This document shows positions 1 to 12,647 of a stretch of 64,000 bases of DNA, in pieces. The position numbers and the translations under genes were made by a program. The stretch's first letter is position 1, and each line of letters starts with the position of its first letter. Source of the stretch: Balanoglossus misakiensis (taxonomy: Eukaryota; Animalia; Hemichordata); NCBI GenBank assembly GCA_040954595.2, contig CM082596.2, positions 1,703,854 to 1,767,853 on the forward strand, given 5' to 3'. A model generated the notes under the pieces. The model saw only the letters and a program-made list of their open reading frames with translations. It had not been told where the DNA came from and did not search any database.

Positions 1-220
1 TTAAGATTCAGTTTCTTGTTGTTTGAAGTTGGAAGCTCTATTATGATGTAGTTCCAGTTAGGAAGGTGTTTTTAAGATATGGAGCAAGGAAGAATTTGAC
101 ATGAAAAATGCTAGGAAATTATCAAAAACTACTCATTAATTTTCTTCCCTGGGTAACTACACTTATGTGAGAAGAGTATCAGAAATTGATTGTGAATATT
201 TATCTTGCACACCTGTTCAG

Positions 221-3200
221 CCAAAGAAGAAGAGAAACAAGAGGAAGGTGGAGAAACGGCAGCAGCAGAAGCAGAACAGCCTGCAGCAGAAGGTGGTGAA
301 GCAACAGACGCAGCAGCTGCAGAGGGCGAGGAAAAACCGGCAGATGAGGAAAAAGCTGAAGGTAGGGATCTTTCTATTCCATGTGGGAACAGAGATGTTG
401 GGGCAGGAAAAAGAAACAGTTGAACTAAGTTGCAGTACCGTTGATGGTTTATGCAAGTCTTGGACAGACGAATTGATTTGTCGGTCACTCCATTTCAGGT
501 GAGGGAGAGCAGCCAGCAGCAGCAGCAGAAGGGGAGGAGAAGCCAGCTGAAGGTGAGATTGGAATCGATGAAACTCACTCGCATACAGACAATATGAAAC
601 ATGAGGAAAGTGTACAGTACATAGTGATGCTGCTATTTCTGTCCGCCAAAACACTTTTCCTCTTGCGTCATGTTGTACATACAACATATGCATGGAATCC
701 GCATGATACTGATACAGTAGAAATGATAGAATCAACACCATTGTGAGTGTTGGTGCAGGTCCAATGCCACACGCACTCTCAATGCATGGATGGTAGATAC
801 CCCATAATGCAAACATGTGGTTGGTTATTCTTCCACATTGTAGCCCAGACCCAAGTAGATGACAATTGCATTCATCTCCTTCACCATTCTCATTCTGTCC
901 TCTAGGGTTTATTGTCTATCAAAGTCAGTGATCAGGCCAGTAGGTGCTGCATGATGTATTGTTTCCAAGTCACATGTAGCATGCATGAGACATTCATTGT
1001 AGCTACCTTCATGTGTAAGACCTTCTGTATTGCATGTATAGACATCCTCATTTTACCCACACTTCCTATAGCTGTCCATTTCTGTGTACACTAGCATTCT
1101 TTACACACATATACATACATGCAGAATAATACCCTACACCACAGGCATGGAAGGGTATTATTTGAGATAACCACCCAGTACTACAAACTGGTCGATAACT
1201 CCAACAGACACCAGTGTTTGAAACAATTTTGCATACACAGTGCTCACACATATTTCATTGTTTGATATTAACTTATTTTCTTGTTATTTTCGTAGCATAT
1301 TATAGTACTTTCTCCTTTCAGTATAATTCTTCTCTTCTGAAGATTTGCTTTGTGATTTTGCTTCTTGAAACCCAACTGTCCCTGCCTTGGTGCTACTATT
1401 GATTTTTTACAGGACATGAATTCATCAGCGTTTTCAATCTTTTTTGCACTTCTATTTTCATTGTCTGTGTCCCTACAATATGATTTTTCACCCACTTTGT
1501 TCAAACTGTTTTACCTTCAAAGAGTATCAACAAACCTGAAATGTATGAAGTCCCATTGTTTCTCAAGTTCAGTCTGGTCCACTGGACTCTTAAATAGGGG
1601 TGCAAAAATCGGTACAGTGTAATTTAAGGCGGGTGGGATTACAGAGTCAGGAGTTTCTTGTGTCATCACAGTAGAAGAAGAAACAGATCATGTACCTGAC
1701 GACAGAGAAAGTGTGCAGCAGGTTTCGAAACAAAGTAGTGTTCAGAGCGGTGATGAAGATGGAGATGTGGGAGACGGGGATGGTGCAGAACAGGTTGATG
1801 AGAAGGGTGGTGTTGATGATGGTGATGGTGATGATGAAAAAGGGGATGATAGTGTGTCTTACGACCAGGAGGATGAGAAAGCAAGTTTTGAAGAAGGTAT
1901 ATATACACCACATGGAGTTTATGTACCACACTGTCAATGAAAATTGTGTTTGATGTGTGTTGTATTCAGAATCTGTTGTCCAGTCAGTGTTGTTTGTTTT
2001 CAGTGGAGCGTGCATGTGTAGACATGTTAGAACAATTTTCGTTGTTGTTTAAAAGCAGGACTCAGTGGTAATGGTGTCACTCAGTTTCGAAACCACTGCA
2101 ACATTCAGAAAAAGATAAAATTACAAATCAATGGAAGTATGAAATGCTATACAATTGACAGCAACTGTTGTGACTGATGTCTTGGAAATAAGATAAAACC
2201 TGACCAGGACTGTCTGTGGAACCAAGTTTCAAGTAAACCACCATTGTAATTGTGCCCAAAATGCTGACTTTCAGAAGGTGACTCTGATGAGAAAGAGGAG
2301 GAAGATCTGGAAAAGAGTGATAGTAGTGATGATGTTGACAGTCACGTTGGCAGTGGGGGTGGGGAAAGTCACGATGAACAAGGGGACCAGGATGTGGATG
2401 ATGAGAAACAGGAAGATGAAACTGCGGAGGAAGGGGAGGGAAAAGATGACGGTGGTGATGATGATGATGATGATGGTGGTGGTAGTGGTGATGGCGGTGA
2501 GGAGGAGGAGAAGGAGGAGGAGGGGCCAGAACAGGAGGAGGAAAAGGAGGTTGAGAATGAGACCGAAGGTATTCAGAATGGAAAGTTCACGGAGTTCAAA
2601 ATTTGATCAGAAATTCCGTTTGGTTAGTTTGTATTTTCATTGCAAATCCTGACTTCAACCAAGACTAAGCAAGCAATCAACCAATGCTTGAAGTTGGAAA
2701 AAAATCAGTTTTGGACTCTGTCTTGCAAGTGCTAAGTGTAATGACACAATGTCATAGTAATGTGGCATGTTGGTGAACAGTGGACTAACAGTCTCATGGC
2801 TTGTAGTAATGGGTTAATATATGGCCGAGAGTCAATGTTAAGATCATTGCTGCAGCAACAAGTGAAATGTAATAATCTCAGGCATGTATGTACATTGTAC
2901 ATGTATATGTATGGTACTGTGGTGGGCCATATCTAACTGTGCACAATATTGAAGTATAACCACTCGTATTACGTGGCTGTTTATTGTGGTATAAATGGCT
3001 GTGAATGACTAATAATTGTCTTCAGACTAAAAATATCCATGTGCAGCCTGTGCCCCTCAAGTCGGATACTCGAACTCCCCCTTTCCCCCAAACCCTGCAT
3101 TCCCATGGGTATCTCCCCACCCTTCTCTGCTCAGCACGAGCTGTCTGTCAGTGCATGCGGCACAGTGGATTTTCTGATGCACTGCATGGATACTATGCAT

Positions 3201-6200
3201 GTGCATGCATGCCGCGACCACAAGTATATCCTCCAGCTCGGCTGTCCAGTACAACTACAACACTGCCAGAATACTAGAGCATGGCAGACCATCTTGTCAT
3301 GTCCTCGTCTTTCAGTGTTCAAACACTGGTATTTCTCTGTACATTGTCTGTTCACTTCTTTCATTAGCTGCTTGTTTCTTTTTCTTCCACACTGTTACAA
3401 TGTATCAAACTCTACTTTCACTACTCCCAGGTGAAGACAATGAACCGAAGGCGGATGATCTAAACGAGGGTAGGCTGTCTTCTTCTCTCTCAAAGCCTTT
3501 ACCCATCTCTCTTCACATTATTTCCCCTTCCACGATATCTCATCATTTGTCTCAATATCTATTTGTACTTGCTATTCAAAGGAGAGGCCACAGAAACACA
3601 GGACGAGGGAGATCAGAAAGAGGAAGAAGGAGCAGTGGAGGGTGAGAGCATGCTTGACATAACCTGCCAGCCCCCATTCCCCTCATAAAATGGTTTGACC
3701 CTTCACTGTGTGACCCAACAGGACATTCCAAAGTCATGACATGGGGGAATGTGGAGGCGACGGGTCACTATACGGAAGGATGTTTTACAAAGTCAAGGAT
3801 TTATGTGATGTTTATCCAAAATATGCGACTTATCTTAAATTATCTCAAAATTTGCCTAGAAGAATTTTTGTGACAAACTGATACTCACTGGAATCCTGTG
3901 ACTTTGTAGAAACAAAATTCTTCCTACCTTCCAGTATGACATGCATGCCTCTCTGGGTGTTAACCATTCCTTCATCCATTTCTCTGATAAGTCTAGGTGC
4001 TTGAACCCTGGTTTCCATTGTAGATGACAGTGCATGAAGCTATCACTGGTCCTTCTTGGATTTGCATGTTCCTTTTCAACCAACACCATTTCTCTGAATC
4101 ATTTCAAGGTGAAATTCTTCGTACATGTTTCACTAAACCCTTGGTTAACTTCCTGGAGTAGTAGTGTCCTCTGTGTGATGGTCTTGTGCATGTATTTCAA
4201 CAATCTTCAGTACGTCTCACTTCTTACCTTTTCATTCCACACCTCTGCATGGTGGCTGTGTCCATGTGAAGAGTTTATTCACATTTACATTTATGACACT
4301 CATTTGCATATTAAAATTCAGGTGAACAACAGGCCGAGGAGCAAGCTGACCAGCCAGAGGCTGACCAACCAGATGGTGAGAACATCTGTACTCACTGCTG
4401 ATGAATTTGCATAACACACACTTTCCCTTCACATGTTTACTCCTACTGTTCTCTTGTTTACAATGTACAAGATGCACTGTCAGAGTATTTGTTTGTCTGT
4501 TGATGTTCTGTCTCTGTTCTTTATGTTGTGCCTTTTGTTGTCATATTTCACTGTATTTAGTATAGTCTCAATTGTCCATGCATGTTCGTCAAAACTTGAC
4601 TTCTCTCTAGTTCCTTTATTCTTGATGTTTACTATACTGTTTTTACAAAAAAACATCCAAGTCAAAACAACTCAATGTACTAGTATCGCCTTTCTGTAAT
4701 AGATGGTGGTGCTTGGGGTGCACTTACTGATGACAAAACTGAGGAGAAGCCAGATGAAGGTGATTTGATCAAACAAATGTAGACACCCATACTAGAAGGG
4801 TAGATGGTACTTAATACCTTCTGGGCAGAATAAACAAATCTGCACTATATAGAATCGTCAAGTTGCACACCCCTACCCTTATGCACAGTCACTCCCAAAT
4901 ATATAAATGTCCACACTAGCATAACTTTGCTTAATCCAATGAAACCTTTCTAAAACAAATAACAGGCGATGCACAGGCAGATGGTGATGAACCCAAAACA
5001 GAGGAACAACCAGCAGAAGGTGATAGCACATTCAAATAAATATCCTGGGTATTTTTGTAGTTAATGGTGATAAAGTGGTGTCACTTAAAAAGTGTATGTG
5101 GGTATCATTGGTGTTAGAGTTAGCAAAGGTACATGTAAATGACTATCATGTAACATGTAAACTACACACAATCATCTTTATTGTCATATCAATCTACAAA
5201 TACTCTCAGAATACAAAACAACTGTCTCTTATATGTCTCGTAATGTCTTGTGTTCATTGTATGTTGCACTTATTGATTCATTGTCATATTTCCAACACAG
5301 GAGAAGCAGAAGGTGGTGATGAAAAGACAGAAGAGCCAAAAGAAGGTGATTAGTAAAGATCAGATATGATTCAAAATCATAGATAGACATCTGCCTCCAC
5401 CAAAAAGATTGTAAGACTTGCACTGGCAGAAACCAATAGTACAGAATGCACACACTTTGTAACTGTCTCCCAGCATGGACAAACATTTCAAACTGGTGTA
5501 TTCGTATGTGTTTTGTATAAATGTACATATGTACTGTGTTGTTGGTACCGTCATCCACAACTTGCCTTCCAGCTTCAAGACATACATGACCAACACCTTG
5601 CATGTCCAGGGGGCATTGGTCAAACCATAGCAGGAATATTGGGTTGAACATAGTTGATGGACCCTGTCATTCTTCCACCAAAGGAAACCTCTTGACTGAA
5701 ATGCTGAAGTGTAACTGAAACTGACATATTCTTCTCTTGAATTTTGCACATTGCACTGATTTCAGAAGCAGCAGCCGAAACGACTGAAGGAGAAGCAGGT
5801 GGTGAAGAAACGAAAGAGGAAGAAAAAGGTACAGAAACTGATTTATTGATTCAGCTTACTGCTTTGCGTAGTCTGGTGCATTGTGAACATGCTTCTATAT
5901 TGCACACAGGAATAATGCGACCAAATTCTTTTCATTGCAGGAGAGGAGGAGAGTGCACCAGCTGCAGCAGAAGGCGAAGAGGCCAAAACTGAGGAACCAC
6001 CAGCAGCAGCAGCAGCAGAAGGTAAATAAAAGTCTAGTTTTGTATCAATAGTCTTACCTGAAACCCTGTACTTGATGGGATGACTCATGATCATACATGA
6101 AACCAGTTATCATAAGTTTTGTGAGGGCACTTTTGCTCCCGTTCTACCAGAAGATTGCATTTAATTGGCAACAGGGAAAGGGAAACTCATATTTTGAATA

Positions 6201-6289
6201 TATTCTTCTCAGGTGAAGAGAAAAAAGAAGGGGAGGAGGAAACTAAGGCAGAAGTTGAAGGTGCCGAAACTAAAGAAACTGAGGCATAA
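221..6289 (+). CDS. 3' part (~414 aa) of an unidentified acidic, low-complexity Glu/Ala/Gly/Asp-rich protein; 13 exons visible, 5' end outside the window
   Basis: Exons: 221-361, 499-552, 1672-1896, 2275-2568, 3431-3469, 3582-3641, 4322-4375, 4703-4759, 4966-5019, 5301-5345, 5766-5828, 5941-6021 and 6213-6289 (TAA). All internal exons are AG...G|GT bounded, phase 1-1, with lengths divisible by 3. They join into one stop-free frame (AKEEEKQEEGGETAAAEAEQPAAEGG...EVEGAETKETEA*). No globular domain is visible, so no gene name is given. Confidence 0.85.
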
Positions 6290-6733
6290 TGATATCACAA
6301 TCGCTATTCTACCTGTAAATATTGTATTTCTTAGACTGGACTTATTTTATCCTTTTTTGACCCATTCCAAACTATTTCTGATTACCGTCCAATAATGAAC
6401 CCACTAGGGTAGTAGTCTGTGTTGTTTGTTTTTAATGCTGACAGAAAATGAATTTTGCATAGTTTATCAACTTATATTTTCATTTCAACACGACACACAA
6501 CCATGTTGGTTTGTGTTTGAAAATCTTACAAGGCGTTTACACTGCCTTTTGCTTCTTTTCCTCTCTCCATCCCCCATTCAGCAAATCTGCTGAATGGGCA
6601 TCTGACAAGGACCAAATGTTAGAACAAAAACTCGTTAAAAAAATAGTAGTTTTCTTGTCTCAAATGTACATTGGTTTTAGCTGATACTTAGCATATTGAA
6701 TGCGTTTGTAAGTCTTGAAATTTTTACTATTTT

Positions 6734-6739
6734 AATAAA
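6734..6739 (+). terminator. Candidate polyadenylation signal of the acidic-protein gene
   Basis: AATAAA about 445 nt after the stop codon; other AATAAA copies lie further downstream. Confidence 0.35.
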
Positions 6740-8273
6740 TTATATTATTTTATGCAGTACGCTGTCCATTCATATGTTTCCCTTTTTAACCTGACAGATC
6801 TGAGGTCGAAGTAACGGCTAGGACACTAACTTTTTGTCAAAAATCTTTACTGAAGTTCCCTTCACCTGACATATTGTACATGCATAGAACTAAAGTATCT
6901 ACAGAAAATCAATCCAAAATTTTCACAAATATGCAAACAAATCTTTCAAATTATCTACAAAGCAAGTTATCCAAACCAATATATAACACCTGCAAATAAA
7001 TTAACTTAATAATTATCCAACCATGACATTAATTACTGTGTGCATCAATCGTGTCAAAGTTCAAATAAATTATGTTGAAAAAAAACATTACAAACTTTAA
7101 AGGTAACATTCCACAATGTTTGGAATTATAAATTACGTAAATTATCAAAAAATTCTCCATAGGCAATATAGATTATGTCCTGACCACCTGCTTGATTTGC
7201 ATGTTATGTTTCTGTGTCTCGATCGGTTGTCAAAGTCTTCCATGGGAACAGTCTAACCAATCATTGCATTTTTGTATATATTATATAAAATTCTGTTGCT
7301 ATAGGAATGGCTATTTGAGTATGGTTACTTATAAGACCAATCTTTCCCTTTCCTTATTCTGTGATTATATGCATTACTCTAAAACAAGTAAACATTCTCT
7401 TCTCTGCTTCCATATTCTGACAATGCCAACATATACCTGTATTCTCAGAATATCTCCAAACATTCCACAATCCAAGTATTTTAGCTTCTATATCCATCTC
7501 CACTCACTACTCACGCTCATATCAAGCAGACTAACACCACTAACGGTACTTGTATTCAAAAAGTTCTCATCAAACTAATTTCAGTACTTGTACTCTGGAA
7601 ACACCACATTCTCAACTTTTTTTTGAGAATGACACGTTCACTACTCAAACTCCGAGAATGCCCAGTAATCCATGACTCGCGACAACATCATTGTCACATC
7701 TGACTCTCTCAAACAAGGATGATTCTATCACTACATTCTGAGACACCTACCTACATTCTCTTCTCACTTCCTAAAATTACCATACATTTATTCTCTTTCA
7801 TGTATTCCCAGATCCCCTCCTACCTGTCTTCTCACCACAGCTATCTCTCAAGCAGAAATTATATCCTATGAATGCAAATCTGGAAGAGATACTCAAAATG
7901 TTTCTATTCAAATTACCGGTAAACTGATACAGATAATTGTTTTCCTGAGAGTTTTACCCTTCCAACAGAAAACTTCATTGGATACGTCATAAATTGATAA
8001 TGAAGTCTGATAACCAGGCGTTTGCTAGAAATTATCATGTACTCTTGATTTTTGTATTCTTATCATTTTTCCTGATATTTAGTTTTGTTCATCGGAATAC
8101 AATTCAAGTTTTGGACAAAATATTCTGGCACGTGTACGTGTGTGAGCAAATTCCAACAAGCCAGTTAGACACTTATCAATATGTTTTAATAATAAAGAGC
8201 AACTCGACTCACCCACCCCCACCCCCAACAATATCAGAATTTTCTGTGATCAGTTTCTGTTTTCTTCTCTCCT

Positions 8274-11200
8274 TCACAGCAGTAACTTGTGTATGAATTC
8301 CAAGAACCTTCCATCAGTCTGGTCTTTGGGGAACTTCTTGGCTAGGGAACCCTACATAAATTAAACAGAGTACAAAATGTAAATAGACATGAAGTCCACT
8401 GCGACTCAGCCAATACAACACAGCCAATAACAGCGTTCAGCGCTAATTTTCCCAGGGTCAGTTAGAATGCAAGTACGATTACCTTGAGCTTGTCCAAGAA
8501 TGTATCAGACTGGTGCCAGATGTCAGAAAAGATGATCATGTCCGGGCTGCCTTTGTAGTAATCCGTCAACCATTTCTGATGAAGAACGACACAAAAATAA
8601 AAGCAATATGTATAATAAACCTTAGCAAGCTTTAATCAACCGAATCTGTCAAAATGTGATGAGCACTGATAGGAAATTTAATGAATCCTTGAGGAGGAAT
8701 GATATACTAACCATTTCATTGAGGATATCTTGTGATAGATACGTGTCCGTATTGTTTGTCAGTTCCATTTGCATAGGTATACCAGCTTTATTCTGTGAAT
8801 GGAGGGAAGAAAACCCAATGTTAGGATTTAAACAAACTATTGTTGCTGACCACAAACATACAAAAATTACAATGACATGTACAAAGACTCCCTAAATGAA
8901 TGGTGGTTATTAAGACAGACCTGGGACTCACCTCTTGTGAAGACATTACCCAGAATGCCCTGAGAGTAGACTCTTTCTGTGGTTGTTCTAGATTGTAGGG
9001 TGCTATGAACCAATGAAAAACAAAAGTAATAATTGTAGTTATTATAATATACATGAACTGATATTTAAAGTGTTCTGGTCGCTTTTTGAGAAAATGCTGA
9101 ACATTGTACTGTATCACATAATTTTAAGAACTTACTTATGATGGCCCCTACACAGGGATTCTGCTGTGTTCCAAAGCATTTCAGTTTCATCTGGTATTCC
9201 ATCTGACATTCTAAATCACGTATTGACGGATATGCCTCACACGCTGGGTGACTGTGGTACCAACCTACCAAGGACAGGCCGTGACCCTCCATCTTTTGTC
9301 GAATCTAAAAAAAATGAGGTCAACAATCAAGTACAATTCTACACAACCTGTAGAAGAATCTAGCAATGATATGAACTCAGAAGTTCATGAGAATAAACAT
9401 GGCTCCAACTTACCTCTTCTTCCACTATTAGAGCCGATTCTCGGTCACCAAGGCGACAACGACATGGGAAGGCCTTTAGAATCTCCAAGTCTAAACAAAA
9501 CAAGAGACAACATTAGAATTGTGAAATGTTATCTTGTTTGTTGGCTGAATGATCAACTCAACATTCAGTATTGTTACATTTCTGAGTCAACAGGTGGTTC
9601 AGACTATACAGGTGACCTGTGAAGTACCAGGATGTGCGACCCTTAGGTCACAAATGGTTGAGTCAATGAATGGTTCTTTTCCTATGATATAGACTCGCCA
9701 CACACCAGGATGTGTGACCAGTCACAATCGGGTCATGCTATAAATCCATGCTGAATCAACAGGTGGCTCTTATTTATATACATAAAAGGCGTTGACTTAC
9801 TTTTTGTTGCTGGATCCCAAACACCAGCAAGATACCCGACAACTTCACTCGTTGTGAGATGGCAGTGGAAATCCTACAGATGCGAAAATAGGACATTCAT
9901 TTACTCACAGCTGGTGAGATAAAGTAATCCAGGCCAAGTGGTGAATAACTCGTATGACAGCAACAACATGGCTTGTCTGTAATGTTGACCAAAGCTCATG
10001 GCATTTTTGTCTTGGTGTGAATGTTACCAAACTGGAGGATGTTAAGTTTACTAACAAAAGTGATATTAAACTGCCTACTTACCATGAGCATGAGGCAGTT
10101 GGTTGTAACAGTGACATTAAAAGGCTGGGATGAACCAAACGATGAGAATTCAGCACATTTCACCAAAGTATTCGGATCCCTGCTAACAGTGTCAAAAGGG
10201 AGAAAATATCGAGTTAGGACACTAGGACACATACACATACATGTTGATGAGATTCACTGACAAAGTACTTGATAGGAAAACACTGATTGAACTGACCATT
10301 CTGGGGTCCTCTTCTCCAGTGATGTGTAACTGACAACAGACCTTTCTCTGTTTTCACTTTTTATCATCCTAGCTGGGTTCAACCCTGGAAGAAATGTAAA
10401 CACACGGACAGCTGTAAGATGATTTCAAAGCATAGAGCATGAAGCGAAGTCTTGAAGAGTCTTCTCACAAAATTACTTACCTTGAGATATGATATCTTCT
10501 ATCAGTCTCCTACAGGGAAGAAAACATTTGAAATTACTGTATAGTCATGATACAAATCTTATTACCTCTTCTACATATGTTTGTTCAGAATAATTTTTAG
10601 GTAATGCTAGGCTTAAACTGGCATGCTCTTGAAAATCAACATTCTTTTGAAGGGTATTGAAGTGATTCATTGACATGTGAAACCATTGCATGAGTACAGT
10701 CACTTTCACCATCTTTTGACTTGCCTCTTTCTTCCTCTGCTACCGTATTGTGGAGACGTTATTCCTCCAACACTTGCACTTTTCCGCGGCCTTCCCCTTC
10801 TCTTGACACTTTTCTTGTCACTATCATTTCCCTGATCGTTCCTTGCATACTTTGGTTGGTTCACCATCTGCTGGCTCACACTTGTATGTTCCTGTTGCCT
10901 TGGCGACTTATATTGCTCGTTTCTGGGTGATTTTTGTGGTGGTTCCTGCCTGGTGGGCCTTTGTGGTTGCTCCTGTTTTGGTGATTTTTGTGGTTGTTCC
11001 TGACGCGGTGATTTCTGTTGGTCAATTTGTCTGAAATCATTTTCATAATGATGTTTATTTTCCTTGTTTTCTCGGTCTTCTTTGGTGCAGTGTTCATGTT
11101 TGGTATCCTCGTCAATAATCGGACTGTTTGTGAGACTTGATGGTGTCTGGTAAGTGAGTAACATTCAAAACAAACATTGAAAAGTTAGTTTCAATTTCAT

Positions 11201-12133
11201 GTTCACTACTTAGAGGTTTGACATTGCAATAATGGTTCACACAAATAATAGACTCCTGCATCGAAAAATTCTCACTAAGTTAGTGGCATACATGTATGAG
11301 ATAACATAATTCATAATGTGAACACCCAAAAGATCCTCTAATATACAATGTACTTGGAATATTCCCTTACCCCCGGTGATGGCAATGGAAAATCCAATTC
11401 CGGGTGTTGTTTCCGGAACCATGTTGATTTAAACTGGTCCAGCTTTTTACCCTTGTACTTCACCTACAAATAAATGCATCCAATGATGGAAGATTTAACA
11501 ACTTATGCTCATACATGTGCTAGAAACATCAATTTGTTTGAAGAGGTACAACAAACTGCAAAATACACATAATTCAAAATAAATGAAATGAGTTTCAGAA
11601 ACTTGTCAGAGACTTACAGAAGCCCATCCACAGCCAGACTTCTTCGCTGGATTGACGACTTTCTTACAATATATTGCCCAGGCACTCGGTGAATTGAATA
11701 TCTGCTTTGTCTCTTGCCAACTGATCTTTCCATCTGGAAGTAAATCTCCATAGAATTTCTTACCCTGAATGAAACAAGCATTTTCAAATCATTAGTCTAC
11801 ACAACGCAGGTACCAGAGGGATTTATCATTTTGGAACAGAGATACTAGGACTAAAAGTAAAACACAAATGAATCATCCCCAACATATAATCTCTCCCCTG
11901 TAGTTGTAAATTTTACAGGTCACTTACCAGATAATCCATGGACAAGCAACCTTCACCAGGGTCTATGATACCATCTGACAACAACATCCCCAGAGTGATG
12001 CCCCGCCCGGTGACAACATTGCGTCTCTTTTTTGGCGTCACAGCCCCGGAGCTGTCAAGATCTTCTTCCTCGTTTGAATTCACCTCTGGATCTTCTTCCG
12101 TGCTTTCTTCCATGTTTGCAGATATCGGGGATG
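8274..12133 (-). CDS. MPND: MPN domain-containing protein (RAMA domain + JAMM/MPN+ domain)
   Basis: Minus-strand exons: 12133-11928, 11764-11618, 11463-11371, 11146-10710, 10509-10481, 10384-10297, 10182-10083, 9873-9801, 9490-9414, 9304-9136, 9002-8932, 8792-8712, 8575-8483 and 8351-8274 (TGA); all GT-AG with consistent phases. RAMA: [41 protein letters not shown]...[42 protein letters not shown]: RDPNTLV...[17 protein letters not shown]...[22 protein letters not shown] (intact HxHx7Sx2D)...YYKGSPD...[17 protein letters not shown]. This closely resembles vertebrate MPND. An in-frame ATG at 12113 gives 573 aa. Confidence 0.95.
9582..9770. repeat. Degenerate tandem duplication (~80-90 bp unit, ~2.3 copies) in an MPND intron
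   Basis: TGA(G/A)TCAA....TGG(T/C)TC recurs three times; ACCAGGATGTG(C/T)GACC..GTCACAA recurs twice. Confidence 0.55.
10886..11017 (-). repeat. Coding ~27-nt tandem repeat in MPND (QKSPRQEQP-like, 5 units)
   Basis: Translation: [44 protein letters not shown]. Confidence 0.85.
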
Positions 12134-12647
12134 CTGTACCGGGTACATGAAGATAGACACATAAGCTTGCATATGAAAAACAACAACAAGCACACATTTT
12201 GACTCGAGAGGGAGACATTTAATACGGATCTAATAAAGTCGTACCTGCTGTAAACGCCACACACAGTAATTTCAATTACGCTGACACCTTTTTGCAAATT
12301 TTACATCAATAATGGGATGAAAATGGATAAAAATTCTGTCATGGCAATAAATGATTGCAATCTCTGATGCTGTGATACATGCATTAGTAAAGGCCTTTTC
12401 ACCATCTGTCAACTGCAGTGTTGACATGCATTGTACGCTCTGTTTGCTATCATGAAATTAATGTCATCACATCCAATTTCGTTCGCCATTACGCTTTTGG
12501 CAAAAGCTCAATGCTTACAATGAACAAAACGCTAATACTTGTCAAATGAATAAAACTGATGACCGTGATGACAAACAGTAGAGTTCATGCCAAAAAATAA
12601 TGCTATGTAGGCAAGTGATTTATATTAGCCATTAAAAATGTAAGTTG

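Noticed and set aside
129-2652. ORFs 129..488(-), 167..502(+), 217..816(-), 1647..2015(-), 1666..1929(-), 1690..1953(+) and 2278..2652(+), with poly-His, poly-Met or poly-Arg runs
   Set aside because: They are alternative-frame or antisense shadows of the low-complexity acidic exons; the splice sites support only the Glu/Asp-rich frame.
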